A DNA stretch of 64,000 bases. Origin: Raillietiella orientalis (lineage: Eukaryota). The stretch lies in contig JAYWIR010000011.1 of the NCBI GenBank assembly GCA_036172245.1, forward strand, positions 4,216,001-4,280,000, in the 5' to 3' direction. Made by a program: the position numbers and the translations under genes. Shown one piece after another: positions 12,887 through 26,749 of this stretch; within the stretch, counting starts at the first letter, position 1, and each line of letters begins with the position of its first letter. The notes beneath the pieces were generated by a model. That model saw only the letters and a program-made list of their open reading frames with translations, was not told where the DNA came from and searched no databases.

Positions 12887-15800
12887 CGAACTGTGGAGCT
12901 CCCAGCAAGTCAGCTCAGGTGGAAACAAGGAAGGCGAAGCAAGCTGTAAGAAACCCAAAGAAGAAAGTGGGGAGGGGGAGGGGAGAAGCAGGGAAAAAAC
13001 GCCATGAAAACCAGCTTTTGTGTGTGTGTGTGGGGGGGGGGGGCTGAGTGTTTGGCGCGTGCGTGTTGCTTATCATTGCGAGACCCTATGGATCCCGGAA
13101 ACGCCGCCGTCGCCGCAGCCTTGTCACCCTCCACTCGGTCGCGGGTGGACCCCGATCGTCGGGACGCATCATCTGAAGACCTCTGCAAGGGACGTGAGCC
13201 GAGCCTCCGTCCACTGCAGTCAGCGTGCCTTGACGGGTCTCCTCGATTGGCTTTTCCTCTTCTGGAGGGTAACCTCGGACTTTTGGGTTATGGAACTGGA
13301 CATCCCAGGGAAGCCAGGAGGAGGTGCGTCTTCCGCAGTAACATCCCTCCTGGAAACACTGCATCTTCTCTAGGGCTCTCTGAAACCGTCCACAATGCAG
13401 CACGCTTTCCCATCATCTTTCTGATTTAGGTTTCCTTGCGGGATTCTGCCAACGGCGTCTCCGTAGATAAATCCATATTTATTTTTATTCTGTACCACGT
13501 CCTCCGCATGTCTCTGTAGCTTTTGTATTACTTTGTATCGTTCCTCTCTCACTTTCTTGAACTTTGACTTGAACACTGCAATCGGCGAGGACGCATACGA
13601 GGCGCTAAAAATGCGTTAATAAGGGCGAGTGAGCGGTACGGGGAATCCATGCGCGTGTACAGACAGGTGTACCATGTTCGAAAACTAGGGAAGAAAAACA
13701 CGCAACATCTATGTACTATACTATCTCACGTACATATATATGTACGTTCCAGATTCCGTACTTCTCTCAGGAGATGAGGAAGGGGAATACTAGAGATAAT
13801 GAAGACATTTTTGAATTCTTCGCTAGCATACTCGAGCCCTCATTGATTTTCCCTCTTTCTTTTTTTCTTTTTTTTTTCTTCACTTGCCTCAGCTTCATTA
13901 ATTCTCAAGGTACCTGCAGAATACGCACTGTGAGACTTCGTGTGAGAGCGAGCCGGTAACGCTGCAATGAGGATTTACGCGCCCGAGACTTGCATTCAGG
14001 TGAAATCCATTTAAGGTACTTTTATAAATCTACATATATATATATATATATATTTTTCTTGCCTTTTCCTCCCTTTCTTTGTTTTTTCCTTTTTTCTCGT
14101 GCGGTTCACAGAATTTGCGGAGGACGCACGGGAAAATGGGGAACGATAGAATTACGGAGAAGAGCATGCGGACAGCGAGACGTGGGCGGGCGCGTACACG
14201 AGCGAGCGGAACGCAACCGTTTCGCCTCCCGGATGCGGAGTGGGGCGCACCGACCGGAAGTGGCTCGGCACTACGGGAGAAGGGCGGCGGAGGAAGCAGA
14301 AGCGCGCCACGGCTTGGCACCAACTCGCCGGCCGCCGCACCGGCGTAGTCGCAAACCCGCAGCGCCGCTGCTGATGCATGCCGCCGGCGCGGCTCCTCAC
14401 GGAAACTCACCCGTCCCACGGCTAGTTGCGGAATCCGCGCAAGAGAGCATGCGAGGGAGTCATGGAGGATTCACTTCCCATCGGGCGAGCGAGCGAAAGA
14501 GGGAGGGAGGAGGAAAACACCACAGAACATTGCATGTGCATGTGTGCGCAGGTTCGCCATAACGGTCATCGGTCGGCAGGAGAAGAGCGCCGCGTGCGTG
14601 CGCGAAGCGGGCTCGACCTGCGCACTGGCCCCCGGCAGCGAATCACAGAGAACAGGCCGACGGAGGCTCCTGGAAGCTTCCCATCTTCAAGGGACGAAAG
14701 GGCATTCAGAAGCATCTCTCACGAGAACGACGGCGATGTGTTAGTGCGCGCATCCGGAAAACTCGCGAGGGCCTCGCTCCTCCCTACCGAAAGTACGAAG
14801 AGGAGCGAAGGGACGCGTGCTGCCCCCAGGCGGTAGGAGGGATGAAGATAGGGAGCAAGGCAGCGTCTCAGTAGAGAGCAAGGTCAGCATGGGGCTTCGG
14901 TTACGGTCGGCCGGTTCCCTTTCTTCGTCCCTCCGTGGGGAGAACCAAGGGGAAAAAAATAAGAACGAAAACAAAAGTGGGTGGTGGTGAGTGTGGCAAC
15001 CCTGCTGTTCCGAGATGCTTCCAGCCTCCGTAGCTTTCCCATTGCGATCCTCCCTCTAATGCTGCGAGCCGAAGCTCGTGACAGCGGTCACTCCTGTTAG
15101 GTCGTTATAAAGGAGCCTCGGGAGGAGAGGGGCAGCTGGAAGAGATCCTGCACGACTTGGATTCCACGAGTCTGGGCGCTGAGGAATGGGGAAATCGCCG
15201 TGCCTTTCCTACGCGGTCAAGTCTCCCTCTCCGCCTCGAGGCGATCGACCGATCGATCCGGGTGCACTCTACATCCGCAGCTTCCGCCGCCGAAAGAGAA
15301 GGAGCAGCACGCGCTGCGGATACCGCTGGACCCCGAACAGCAGCAGCCGGCAGAAAAGCAGAGCAGAAACTGCGCCCGCTCGCCGGCGATGGAGGGCGAC
15401 GCACCAGAGAAATCCCGCGCATGCGCGGGAGCGTACGCGAGGCGACCCGCCTCGCGTACGCGTACCCTCCGCCGCCTCCGGTTCCTGGTTATTTTCGACT
15501 CCTGGCGCCCCTCCAGCTTCCTCCCTAGCTGCTATTAGGCACGCAAGGCATTGAGCGTGTAAGAAGATAGCCAGCATCTTGGCGCCCCCGCTCCCGCGGA
15601 AGAGTTCCGGGAAAAGTGGTGGTGGCAGCCGCGCGCGCAGCTTTTCCCCGATGAGAGGACGGAAAGCGAGGGGGCCGAGGCGAGGAGCGACAGCCGGGGA
15701 CGCGAGTCGCTGGAGAAGCGAGCAACGAAGGGTCCTCGGGGTCCACAGCCTCATGAGCTCTCTCGGCTGATACTCCCGCGCCTCGGCGGCGCTCGCAGTG

Positions 15801-15899
15801 AGAAGCGATCGGCAGGAGCGCCGTTTCGTACTTGCCTGCTGCTGGGGACCGCGTTCGTGAGGAACTCATAAGGGGCCCCGAAGGCGGCTCCTTCCCTTG

Positions 15900-17220
15900 G
15901 TGAGAGGAAGAGGGGGAGAGGGAGAGCAGATGGAGCCGTGCGTTCTTTCTCCTGAGCGGATGACCTTTCCGGAGCGTCCGCGAGACAGCGCTGTGCTCTG
16001 GGGGAACGAACGAGCCACCGGCCTCTCAGGCAAGAAGAAACGCGACGATGGTTTCTAGGAAACAATGAATGTCGAAGGAGGCAGTGGCGACGCGGGCTCG
16101 GGGCTCCCTGAGTTCCCGCAACTCCAGGTAGAGGCTGCCAAGGCCGAGAGGGGAAGTGCGCGTGCGCTCGGTCGGGGCGGGACCTGACCTGACCGAGCCC
16201 TGACCTTTGTGTGCAGGAGAAAGGAGGGGAGGACGAAGAGGGAAAATGTGTCCCTCCTCCATCCTCGTTTCCTCGTCCCGGCCGAAGGATGCTCCACGAG
16301 AGCTTTGCAATCCGAAGGATGCTCCACGAGAGCTTTGCAATCCACCCGCTGGGTGAAGGCGGGTTTGGGGTCGCCTTCCTCCCCTGCTGTGGGTGCCTCC
16401 CGGTGCGGTGCGGAGGTGGGGTGGAGAGGGATGGGGATGGCGGGGGAAGGTGCTTTGCACGAGGAGGCCGGAATCACCCAAGGAGCCCCCTTCCTTTCTC
16501 GCCCCCCTACCCCTCCCTGCCCGCGAGGGAAGGCGGCAGAGGTGTCCCACGAGAGAGCGCGCGGCGGCATCTCGCGGGATTCTCCGGAAGTCCCGGCTTC
16601 GCACGCGACGACGCGCGACGGGAACCTCTCGCAGCCCCCGCCGTCCCGCGGAGGGGAGGGGCACCAGCGAGGCGTGGGAGACCGGAAGTGGAGGCGGGAC
16701 AACTCGTCTCCACGAGGGTGCAGAGAGGAAGTGGGGGAGGAGCGAACCCGCCGTGAGAGGGCGCGCGCGCGGTGGAGAGGCAGCCAGAGGGAAGGGGGAT
16801 GGAGGGGCGAGCGCTTGCGCCTCTGTCACCCGCCGCCAGCGGGGCCACCATCAACCGCCCGCTCCTGTCTCCGTGGCTACTGCATAGTCGCCTGCGGGAC
16901 CCTCCGGGGGATAGCGCGGAGGAGGCGAGGCGAGTTAGGAGGGACCTCTCCCTCCTCCCGGACGCGTCCCCCGCCTCTGCCGCCGCTGCCCAGCCAACGC
17001 CCAGAGGGGCGGGGCCGGATAACCAGCTCACTCACGGGTGGCGCGGGCCGACCAGAGAAGCGGAGCGTCTCCCAAGGGTGCCTGTCGTCGCGCCACTCGG
17101 CAGATTTGCACGCTCCCGAGAGGCACTGGGTCATGCGCGAGTGGCAGCCAGGTCGACTCTGCAGGGGCTGGAGAGGCGACCTCGTGACCGCCCGCAGCGG
17201 CCGCACCTGAGTGCACCACA
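15900..17220 (+). mobile_element. Decayed L1/Tx1-like RT region
   Basis: EEAGITQGAPFLS (about 16460-16500) resembles the RT G.RQG.PLSP motif; the surrounding frames are broken by indels. Confidence 0.35.
16282..16343 (+). repeat. Perfect 30-bp tandem duplication
   Basis: CCGAAGGATGCTCCACGAGAGCTTTGCAAT occurs twice head-to-tail (16282-16311, 16312-16341). Confidence 0.95.
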
Positions 17221-17299
17221 TGCCCCCGTCCCCTTCTTTCGCCTCTCGGTCCCCGACACAGCGATCGTTCGTGTGCCCGGCCCCAGCTTCTGACAATGC

Positions 17300-17720
17300 T
17301 CAGAATCCCCCGCTGGCAGGATACGTTGGGCTGGAGGGGAGCCGCACCCTACCCTGGCCAGGGCTTGCCCGCTCGACGCGCGTTGCCTAGCACAACCTCG
17401 GCTCCCCCCGCGGCGCACTCTGCCACCTTGCCGGACGGGCAACCACTTCACCATTTGATGCCTTCGCGGTGAGAAGTCTGTCCGGTCCGATCCGGACGGT
17501 GTCCCTCGATCCACGCTGGAATGGCGCGGGGTCCTCCTCGGGCCACGGAGACCCGCCATCGACGCATCCGATTCGACGGCACTGAGGGCTGTCCAGGACG
17601 AATCAGAATGCCCCCCCCCCCTTCCCCCTCGGCTGTTCGGCTGCCTGCCGAGATGATCCCCCTGTATTGACCATGAGGAGGCGGACCACCCCTTAGCGAG
17701 CACCCGATGCGCCGCGCACT
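17300..17720 (-). mobile_element. Decayed APE endonuclease fragment of a non-LTR element
   Basis: Minus frame SIQGDHLG...SAVESDASMAG...TPSGSDRTDFS follows the APE order GDFN...D.W...SRLDR.Y.S. Confidence 0.35.
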
Positions 17721-18379
17721 GGACGGATCCTGCTGCTGTTTTCTGTCGCCTCCTTTTCTACCGCTGATCCCCCCCCCCCCTCACCAAACCCTGAGCACCC
17801 CTTTGCGCGCTCTCGTTCTGAACACGAGCAGCCATCGCATCCCTCGCCCCGTTCCTCAGTGCATTGCATTTTTTCCAGTCTTTCCTTTTCCCGCGCAAAC
17901 GGCGTCCCCGTAACCGTGGCAACCGGTGCTGCAAGCAGCGCTCTCTCCCGCTGGCTCCTCGCATGCGTGTGTGGCTTGGATGGAAACTTCCTGAGGCAAA
18001 TTTCTGCTGAAATTTCTGTTCGTGGCAGCGAACCAGATTAGAAAACTGCTCCAGCGTTCGAGCAGTTGAGGCGCCCGCCCCAAAAAGCTCTGGCGGAAAA
18101 ATCAGATCACGGTGGTGCCGTGCGGAGCCTTCCCATCACCTCAGCTCGCTCGTCAGCGCCGTCGCCGTCACCATCGTCACCACCTTCAATTTACGAACTT
18201 TGGTCTTCAGCTTGCGAGCGCTGTTCCCTCACGGCTCGACGGCAGTGACGAGAAACGGCCGCTTCGTCAACGTGCGCGGGCAGGTGGCGGCAAGTTCCGG
18301 TCTACCCACGAGTTCCCCTCCTTCCCTCCTTCCTTCCTTCGTCCCGAAATCGAAACTGCCGCCTGCACTTCCACTGGGA

Positions 18380-20600
18380 CCACGTGCATCGGAAAAAAGG
18401 GAGACCGCTTTTGACTAGGGCAGCACGTTTTTGCTGGAGTCGCGAGGCAGGTCGCAGCTGCCTCGCGAGAAGACTCCTGACGACAGCGCTTCGCGGAATT
18501 GCCTGGCAAAAACCGTGGACCACGGGAGCAGGCAGGTTCTGCATGACACGCGCCCGTACGACAGAGCAGAGAGACAGTGAGGCATCGTGCCTTTTGAAGC
18601 ACCCTCGCTTTGCAAACTGCCCTTGCATGCTTCCTGTTTCCGCAAGTGGTGGTGGTCAACCCACAGTGCGAGAGCGGGTGCCAGCATGGTGCGATGAACA
18701 AAAGAATTCGCGGGATGTTGCGCGGAGCGGTCAGCTGCCCCAAGAGAGGGAAGGGGGGGAGAATGGTCACTTTCACCCTTCCATGTTGCTGCACGAAGGA
18801 CACTTTCGACACGTGAAGAGCGCACTGATTGATTACGCGGCGCGGAGACCGCGGTGGATGGCGGAGCGTTACTTGCTGTGTTGCGCTTTTGCACGTGCGA
18901 ATGGTTTCCCCGGGCGACGTCCGTCCACAGCGTCGCTCGTCACAGTGGGTGCGGTAGCTTGGAGACTGCCTTAAACCCCCCAAAACTCGCTGAGGATTTC
19001 GGAGGCAGGGAGCAGTGCTTTGAAGGAGTCCTTCGAACGTTTCTGGGACACGCAAGAGTCAACGAAACGAGGTGGAAGTGGTCAGGTTGCGGGAAAAGGA
19101 GGAGGAGGGAAGGGACGGGGAAGTGCAGGAAGGAGGGGAGGAGGGGGAGAAGAGGAGGGGGAGTGAAGGAGAGTTCGATAGCGCGGTTGTGCCTGCGGTC
19201 TCCCCGGCGAGTCGCGCACGTCCCTAGGCAACGAAAGGCAAATCTCCTGAAGACTGCTGCTAGCAAGGTCTGGACAGTCGGGCGGGGGAGGGCAGTCGTG
19301 CCGTGCCTGCTTGAGCGGGGCGTTTCCAAAGCGGCGGATGCACAAGAGAGCACGCTCGCGTTCCCCGAAGACGACATGCGCCGGCGGGCTCCAAGTCGCC
19401 CGACCTCGAGCCATCGGGGGGAAGCGCTCTCCAATCCGTCGTCCGCTGAAGCGCGGAGCAGCCGTCCAGCGAGCGAGCGAAAGGATGGAGTCTGCCGCCG
19501 CCATGCCTGCCTCGGTTGCGTCGCCTCCTCCTCCTCCTCCTCCTGGCGCCCCTTCTTCCCGCTGCGGGGCCGAGCGAGATGTCCACACCTCCCTCTACGG
19601 AGTTGAAGGAAACGGGCGTTCCCGCTCCAAACGCCCGGGGAGGGGAACCCTGAAAAGCGTCCGTTGCCGTGGCCGCCGCCCTCGGGGTTCCCGTCTCCCT
19701 CTTCCATGCGAGAAATGCGCTCGCCTTCCCCGCAGTGTCTCCAGCAGGAGGCTCCGAGGCGCATGCGCAGCGGGGCGAGCAGAGCAGCTCCATGCCCTCT
19801 GCCAGCGGGAGGCGCTCAGGCAGTATTGGATCGTCGTTTCCGGGACGCTTCCGGGAGAGGCAGCCCTCACCTCCCTTCGACCTTTGGGGGATTGTTGCTG
19901 AGGCAACTGCTCATCCCTCGCGCGTTCACGGGAACGGTGGGGCAGAACCGCCTGCAGAGGCAGCCACATCGGCTGCGGCGGCCAATCCTGGCCAAGGTCC
20001 GCAGCGCAAGGACGGTCAAGCGACGAGGAAGAGCGGGGGGACACATGCGTGAGAGGCGGATGGAGCGGCTCCCGTGGACTTGCCGTGGGCGTTCTGTCTC
20101 CCAGAAAGACGGCGTCTACCTGTTCCCCGGAACCTGCGCCGCGGCGAGCCTGCGCCCTTCTCTCGCAAGGGCTCGGCGCCCGTCCGAGAGAGATCTCCAG
20201 TTCCCTTGCTGCGCGCGAGAACAGGGTACGCAAGATACGTACACTGCCGCCCCGGGCAGAGGGCGCGAGGGTGCGGCTCGGGGGGAGGCGCACACCGGCG
20301 CTCGGCAAGGGCGCGCTTGCCGCGCCGCGCAGCGGCGGCAGCAACTCCACCCCACAGGGCGGGTCCTCCGTCTTCCCCGGTTGCGTCCCTCCCATGCACT
20401 CAAGCTTGGGCCGTGCCGGCCTCCCCTCCCCCAGCCCAAGCGGTGTCTTCCTTGCCGGCGGTGTACACGTTGAACGAGCACTTGCGCGCGAGCTCGCAAT
20501 CTCTGCCTCGCTACGCGGAGATGAAGCCTCGCGGAAGACGCGAAGGAAGCTCCCAAGGTGAACCTGACTGGATCCGGACCGCAGCAAGAGCGCTGCTGCG
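18380..20600 (+). mobile_element. Decayed L1/Tx1-like ORF2 3' regions
   Basis: LLTTALRGIAWQ and LQTALACFLFPQVVVVNPQCESGC resemble the zf-RVT block (RD.AW..H..LPT..RL....C..C); the region is heavily frameshifted. Confidence 0.3.
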
Positions 20601-21619
20601 TTTCGAAAAGCCTAACTGCTCTGCTTGCGCCTCCACAACGACGGCGCGCAGCGAGCGCACGCTCCTTCGCATCTCCCCGGAGGAAGTGAAACTTTTCCTC
20701 TCTCCCTCTCTTTCTCCCGGAGAGGGAAAGAAAAAAAAAAAAAAAAACAGAGAGAGAGAGAGGGAGAGAGGAGAACAAAACAATTGGCAACAATGGTGGG
20801 CCCGCTGAAATCCTATTGGCTCGCACACATTCGAATCCGCTGTCATCGCAAGCTGATAGGCAGACATTGTTACCGCGCTCCGCAGTGAAACAGGCGTGCC
20901 ATACGGTCAACACATGTAGCGTCACGCATCCCTCGTATCGAACACATTCCAAGTGGCCATTTGTGTGCGTGCGTGTGGGAGCTGTGCACGTGTAGCATTT
21001 CGTACATCCAAAAGAATGTGAATGCGTATCCTGCACTTTATCGTCGAAGAGCATTCCATGTAGAAATCGAGGGCCTACTACGAAGCTGTCGGACGATTCC
21101 GTGAAAATCGTCCTTTCGTCTCTGTTTTTGTTTTTGTTTCCCCTCGCCCCCTCCCCCTCCTCCCCCGTGAGAGCCGTGAATATCTTGCTCTGGCGGGGTG
21201 TTCTCAATACGCGCGGATGAGGAGACACAGAAAACCGAACACGTTCTACTTCGTCTAGTGAAACACGTCGTGGAAGCTCTGGTGCGTTAGGACAGCAGGT
21301 GAGAGAGGATCCCCTCTTTGCACGCCGTGGTCATGATGAATGTGTATGTGCAATTTGGAAGAAACCTGATAAGTGTTAAGAAAGAAAGAAAAGAAAGCAC
21401 GAGGAAGATGCGACGTGAAATTATCCGGTTGGTGCTAAGAACGGATTAGTGGGGCGCTCTTTTCGTAAAGTCGAAACGGCCACACCAAGAGAGATGATGG
21501 AATTTTGCATCAACCGCTTACCAGGGTTTTTTTTTCTTTTTCTTTTTCTTTTTTTTGTACAGATGGAGCAAATGAATTGTTCCTGAGATACGCGTCGTTT
21601 CCACGTTGGAATGCTCGCT

Positions 21620-22180
21620 AACCGCGAAGATTTCGCATATTCGATTTGCTTATCGGTGGAGAACGTGAATTCCATGCTTGCCAGAACGGACGTTTGAATA
21701 AGCGGAAGAGAATAATAAGATTGCTCGCTCGAACGTTTTGTCCAAGCACGAACGCTTCTGCCCCCACGATCTGGAAAAACCTGGAAGAAAAGGATTCTTT
21801 CCGGAGCTCAGCCCTAATTGGCAAAGCCGTGGTTTCGCGATCCCATTTCCGTCATCCCGCGTCAGTGGTGCGACGTGTCTTTGTATCCGAGGCAACCCGA
21901 GAGTGGATCCTGGAAGCTCCCGGGAAGGAGGAACGAACGCTGAGAATTCCGAAGAGCTGACCGGACAAGGACACCCCACGCCAAGCCGAATGGAATTTGT
22001 CCTTGCAGCCACCTCCGACGCTCACCAGAGGAGACTGCAGCGGTGTTTTCACGGAAGCGGACGATTCTCCTCCACGTTCTGCATCGTGGGATTCGCAATT
22101 TTCCTCCAGTCGGAGATACAGCGTTGTGGGTGGGGACGGTTAATTAATCCGAGTCCTCGAGTGCAGGATTCTTTGAGGAT
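21620..22180 (+). mobile_element. Decayed non-LTR RT core
   Basis: Ordered remnants across frames: PHDLEK (D.EKAFD), TIWKNLEEKDSF (LW..L...GF), TGQGHPTPSRMEFVLA (G.RQG.PLSP.LF.LA), VFTEADDS (YADD, about 22045-22068). Confidence 0.5.
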
Positions 22181-22399
22181 TCCCGCACCTCGAGGCAAGC
22201 CAAAAAAAAAAAAAAAAAAAAAAAAAGCAAGTCGATCACGCCGGGGTGTTGGAGCGGCGCAGCCATCGGTACTTTTCGGTGTTCGCCAGGAACGTGAAGG
22301 TGCTTCCGTTCCGCTCCCGTTTGAGCCTACGCGCAGGATCTGCGTGAATCAGGAATTAATTTAGACGCCCCCCCCCCCCGCGCGCGCAGGTTTCATCTC

Positions 22400-25100
22400 C
22401 TCGAACGGGAGGCTTCACGAGAGCGCAGGTTCCCGCCCTGGACGAGCATCCTCCCCGCATCTGGCCACATGTACCGTCCGCGCGAGCGGTGCAGTCGTAA
22501 ACATGGCGGGAACATTCCTGCTGCCATCGTAGACCGGAACCGGCGGAGACGCTTCCTCCAAGGATGGAGCATGCGCCAAGGTGCACGCGCGCGCTTCGTA
22601 ATCCGGCTCGGGAGAGGATGCGGATGCTGGAAGGCGCAACGTAACTTTCCCCGCGAATCTGTTTTTGATCGCTGCCGTCTCAAGCACAGTGAAAACCGCC
22701 GACTGACGATCGACGTTTGCGGTGCGATGCGCCGAATGGCGGTGGGAATGCGCCGAGAAAACACTCTCAACAGCGTGTGCGGCGTATCGTGCGCCAAGAA
22801 ATGGGTCAGCGTACACAGCATTTGGGCACACGTGGAACCTGGCGACCAGCCGAGACTGCGACCACGCAAGTACCTATAGGTACGCGGAAGATCTTCCTCC
22901 GAGGCAGCGACGACGGCGCGCTTCCTCACTTTCGCCCTTCCTCTCACGCAGCTCTTGGTTCCCGAAACAGCACCGAATCAAAAGACGCCTTCCTTCCGAT
23001 CCGGGACCGTCGTCGTTTTCTTCCCGTGAAGGTTTTTCCCCCTCTTTGCCCCCCAGACTCCACGTTCTTCTCCACCGTCTGCACCCGTGCGCGCACCGAC
23101 GCCATCAGCGCCGCGCGGAGGTCTCCGAGACTCCTTGTCTTCTGTTGACGTGGCGTCCTGGCGGTGAAAAATGGAGAGGACAGAGCTCGGACGCGAGAGA
23201 TGGTGCTCCATTGCTGGACGGAACCGAGCGGCGTCTCTGCCGCACGCTCCTTCGAACGGAGCCACTTACCATCGGAGGGACATCGGAGCTTCATGTTAAA
23301 AGAGGAGGAAGTTTCTGTGGTTCTCTTTGCAGAAGCCAGACGCAGGGAGACAAGGAGAGGGTGGGGGAGCTAAGGCGCGGGACAGGAGGTGCACATCGGG
23401 CGGAAGCGGAACGCCGAATGGGGCGGGCACCACGCATCAGGAGGGGAGTGCCAGTAAGAGCTCGTTCCTCCGTTGGTGTTTCCTGCGGCAGGGCGGAGCA
23501 TCCCCTGTGCGATGGGAGGGTCGTCCACATGGGTCACGCGTTCTTGCCTGGCACGAAGACGCAACTCTCCCAGCGAACACAAGGCGACGTGACCAAAGCG
23601 TCAAGAACACTACCCACAGCAGCGCCTAGGGCCAGCCTTGGTGTCTCTCCGTGGTAGCCCCATCCTCTTTGCACAAATTGTCTCATGCTGATCTGTTTGT
23701 ACCACCATGGAAACGTGGAATGGGACAAGAGAAGGAGAAGGCGAGGGAAAAGGGACGGTATCCTGGAGAAGAGGCGAATTACCCGAGTCCCTTGTATCGC
23801 TGTTGGTTGTTCACGAGGAGGACCGTCGACACTAAGGATCTGCCTATCCCTTTGCATCCTTTCTCTTTCTCTGAAAAAAAGGGAGTCCCATCCACCTTTG
23901 CGACGGGAAGAGGAGGACGAATATGACCGCAAGGGTTGCTGTTGACTACGTTCGGAGAAAGGGTGCCCCACCGGCTGCTGGACATCGCAGTTTTGCCCAC
24001 GAACGCCACCACCATCTATGTTGAAGATGGATGATTTTTCCTCCTCCTTCTCCTCCTCCTCTCGCTCCCCTGGAACAACTCTCTCCAGGTTCGCCGGTGT
24101 CCCAGCAGCATCCACGCCGGCCTCTCTCCTTCCGAACTTGGGAAGACCCAATCCCTCTGCTGGAATTCAGGTTCACCTTCAGGCTGCCTGATCCGCATTT
24201 TACCCCTTCATCCGCTCCCTCCTCTGGGGAACCGGAAACTTTGAACCCGTGCGTCTTCTTCACCGCTTTGCGCTCCCTTGCTTTCCCCGTCGTCCCTAAG
24301 AACCCAGCCTGATCTGTAGCGGCATCCACCGACTCATCGTTGGGATCGGTCGGAAGCATTCACATTCACCACGGAAACGCGGATCAGGAGGGGAAAGGCC
24401 ATAAAGAGCAACCTCGCGTCGTCGGGAACAGAGAAGGGGGGATCCCAGCAAAGACACAGTGCGCCGGAGGGCAGCCTCGGCAAAGTTGGTTTCTCCTGAT
24501 CACGCAACAATCGGTGGGTGTCTCTTGGAAACAGCGCCCCCCTACTCTGCGGGAGAGCTCGCTGGCTGATCGAGTTCTTTCTAACGGTACGGCAGACCGT
24601 AGAGGCCTGGTCTCAAAGGAAGCAGAGCAGGAGGGTGAGGTCAAGATGCGAATACGCCATCTATGCATCCGCCAAAGCCGAACGAGGCGCGGAGATCTGG
24701 TTTCAAGAAAGAATTTTTCTTCCTCTGCTCGGAAGGCAAGATGGCGTCCGAAGCCGAGCGCTGGGTCGTTCGGTGGTCGGTGGCAACCCCTTGGTGCTTC
24801 GAGAGAAGTTCACGCGGGAAAATTACGGCGCTCATTGTCACGTAAGGATGACGACCAGCTGTGATCTGGAGCTCTGCATTCTGCTCGCGGAACGACGAGC
24901 GTGTCGAAATCGAGAACAAAGATGGTTTCCGAAGGAGCGGAATCCTCTGTGCTTTCGTGGCCCGCGTCGTGAGTGGGCGCTTCTGGACTTCTGTCGCAGG
25001 GGAGCCTGAGACACACGTCTCCCAGGCAGAGGGGAAGAGGGATCGCGTTCCCGACTCTGCTGCCTGTGATGCGCGAGACGGACTTCCGGACGCAGGTCTC
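22400..25100 (-). mobile_element. Decayed L1/Tx1-like element, ORF1 knuckle region plus APE
   Basis: Minus strand has knuckle-like SPSCSASFETRP (about 24600-24640), then an APE start VCSLGELRLRARQER (about 23540-23585) and CSALPQET (D...LQET, about 23480). Confidence 0.4.
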
Positions 25101-26056
25101 CGGCAGTAGTCAAGCGTCCACGCATCCTGCATCCACGCACCCCCCAGTACGCGTTCGCGCATCAGCGTGCGTGCATCCACGGTCCACGCAGCGAATCAAG
25201 ATGGACCGATAAAGCCTCTCTCTACGATCGATCGCCGCGCCGCACCGAGGATTCTGCTCCCAGGAAACGAACCGGTCCGTGTTCTACATGTGCCGCGTGT
25301 GTGCCATCGCAAGGAGATGCGTCCCGAAAACGCGAGGATGTTGCCAGCGGGACGCATGCAGATATTGGCGATGTCCGTATATGGCATCTGTACATCAACA
25401 ATAGCGCATCACGCCTTTGCAGATGTACAGATCTGCACCAGTCTATTTATACATGCATTTGTTAGTGCGCTTAGACATAAATACTTGCATACAGGTATCC
25501 GGTGGCCCGGTATTCTCTGCTCGCAACCGAAATTCTCTGCTCACCGACAAAATTGGCAAATAGAAATTCTATTCAGACGAAAGCCTCGCCGGCGAATAGA
25601 GAGCGCGTAACACCCTCCGAGCGCAACAAAAAAAAAAAAAAAGCATCGGCAAATCAATATAAAAACGAACGGCTCGAGTGGGAATAGCAGCATATTATTA
25701 TTTATTTATTTTTTTGCAATTCGATCGACTACACTTTATCAGAAAGCCCTTTTGTTTTATTTTATTTTATTTTTATTTTTTTTCCGGAAACGCACGCGAG
25801 TGGATGGATGATACGTGTGAAATGAATCCCACAACATGCACACACTGACGAATGTAAACCGGTGGCGAAAATCCAAACTTGAGTGGAAAGGAAGTGTCAT
25901 TTTATTCACTGGTCCATTTCGGGAGAAAATTATTTCGGGGAAACGGAATCGGCGGGCACACCGTGGTCCACGCACCAGGATCATGCTGATGAGCTTGTCT
26001 GTTGCAGACGGGGAGATGTTGCACAAACCGCCGCATGCAACCGCACACTGCACGAA

Positions 26057-26080
26057 CTGCTGCTGCTGCTGCTGCTGCTG
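26057..26080 (+). repeat. (CTG)8 microsatellite
   Basis: Direct reading. Confidence 0.95.
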
Positions 26081-26749
26081 TTGTGCCGAAGAAATTCACC
26101 CGAAATTCTTCTACGCACCCGTGGCTTTCCGATTCACCGAACTTTCGTTTCCTACGCTACGGAACGCGCGCGGACCGATCCGAACGGTCGTCAAGGGAAC
26201 GACGCGTACACATGTACGGTGATGTACGTGTGGATCCTTCGAGAAACGCATGCTCTTGATGGAGCGGCGGCCGACCAACTCCGCTACCAGCGTACAGCGT
26301 ACGAATCTACCGATATACGAACCCGCCCGCCCTCCCCTCCCCCATCCAAAAAGGAGACAAACAAACAAATAAACGGGGCAAATGATCCGCGATAACTTGA
26401 AGAAATGAAGAAAAAAAAAAAAAAACCGCAAAAGTCACAGCATTGAAAAAAATAATAAGAATAATATTTCCGTTACTCCGCATGTTTTCCGTGTATCACT
26501 TTGCAGAGCACCAGCATGAACTTTCACTTGCCAAATGCATGGCTCCAGTCTCTCCTCGCCGGATTGTCGTGCTCGCCTGACGTCACCGCGGCAACCTATA
26601 TGTTCCGCAACGATGCTTGTTGCTTAGCAAATGAGAATTTTTCTTACGAAAGAAAGCTGTGCTGACGTGTAGTTGGTTGTTGGATCCGCTCGCGGATCTC
26701 GCTGAAAAGATCGCAACCCCCGGAGTACCGCACTGCTGCTGCACCAAGT

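Noticed and set aside
13990..25600. Many overlapping 150-370 aa ORFs on both strands
   Set aside because: These are Arg/Pro/Gly/Ala-rich translations expected from stop-poor GC-rich DNA. They have no splice structure or domain, and the only recognisable motifs are frameshifted retroelement remnants.
25981..26025. Possible hammerhead ribozyme (CTGATGA followed by a stem-loop)
   Set aside because: The stem is followed by GAGA rather than C-GAAA, and stems I and III are not evident.
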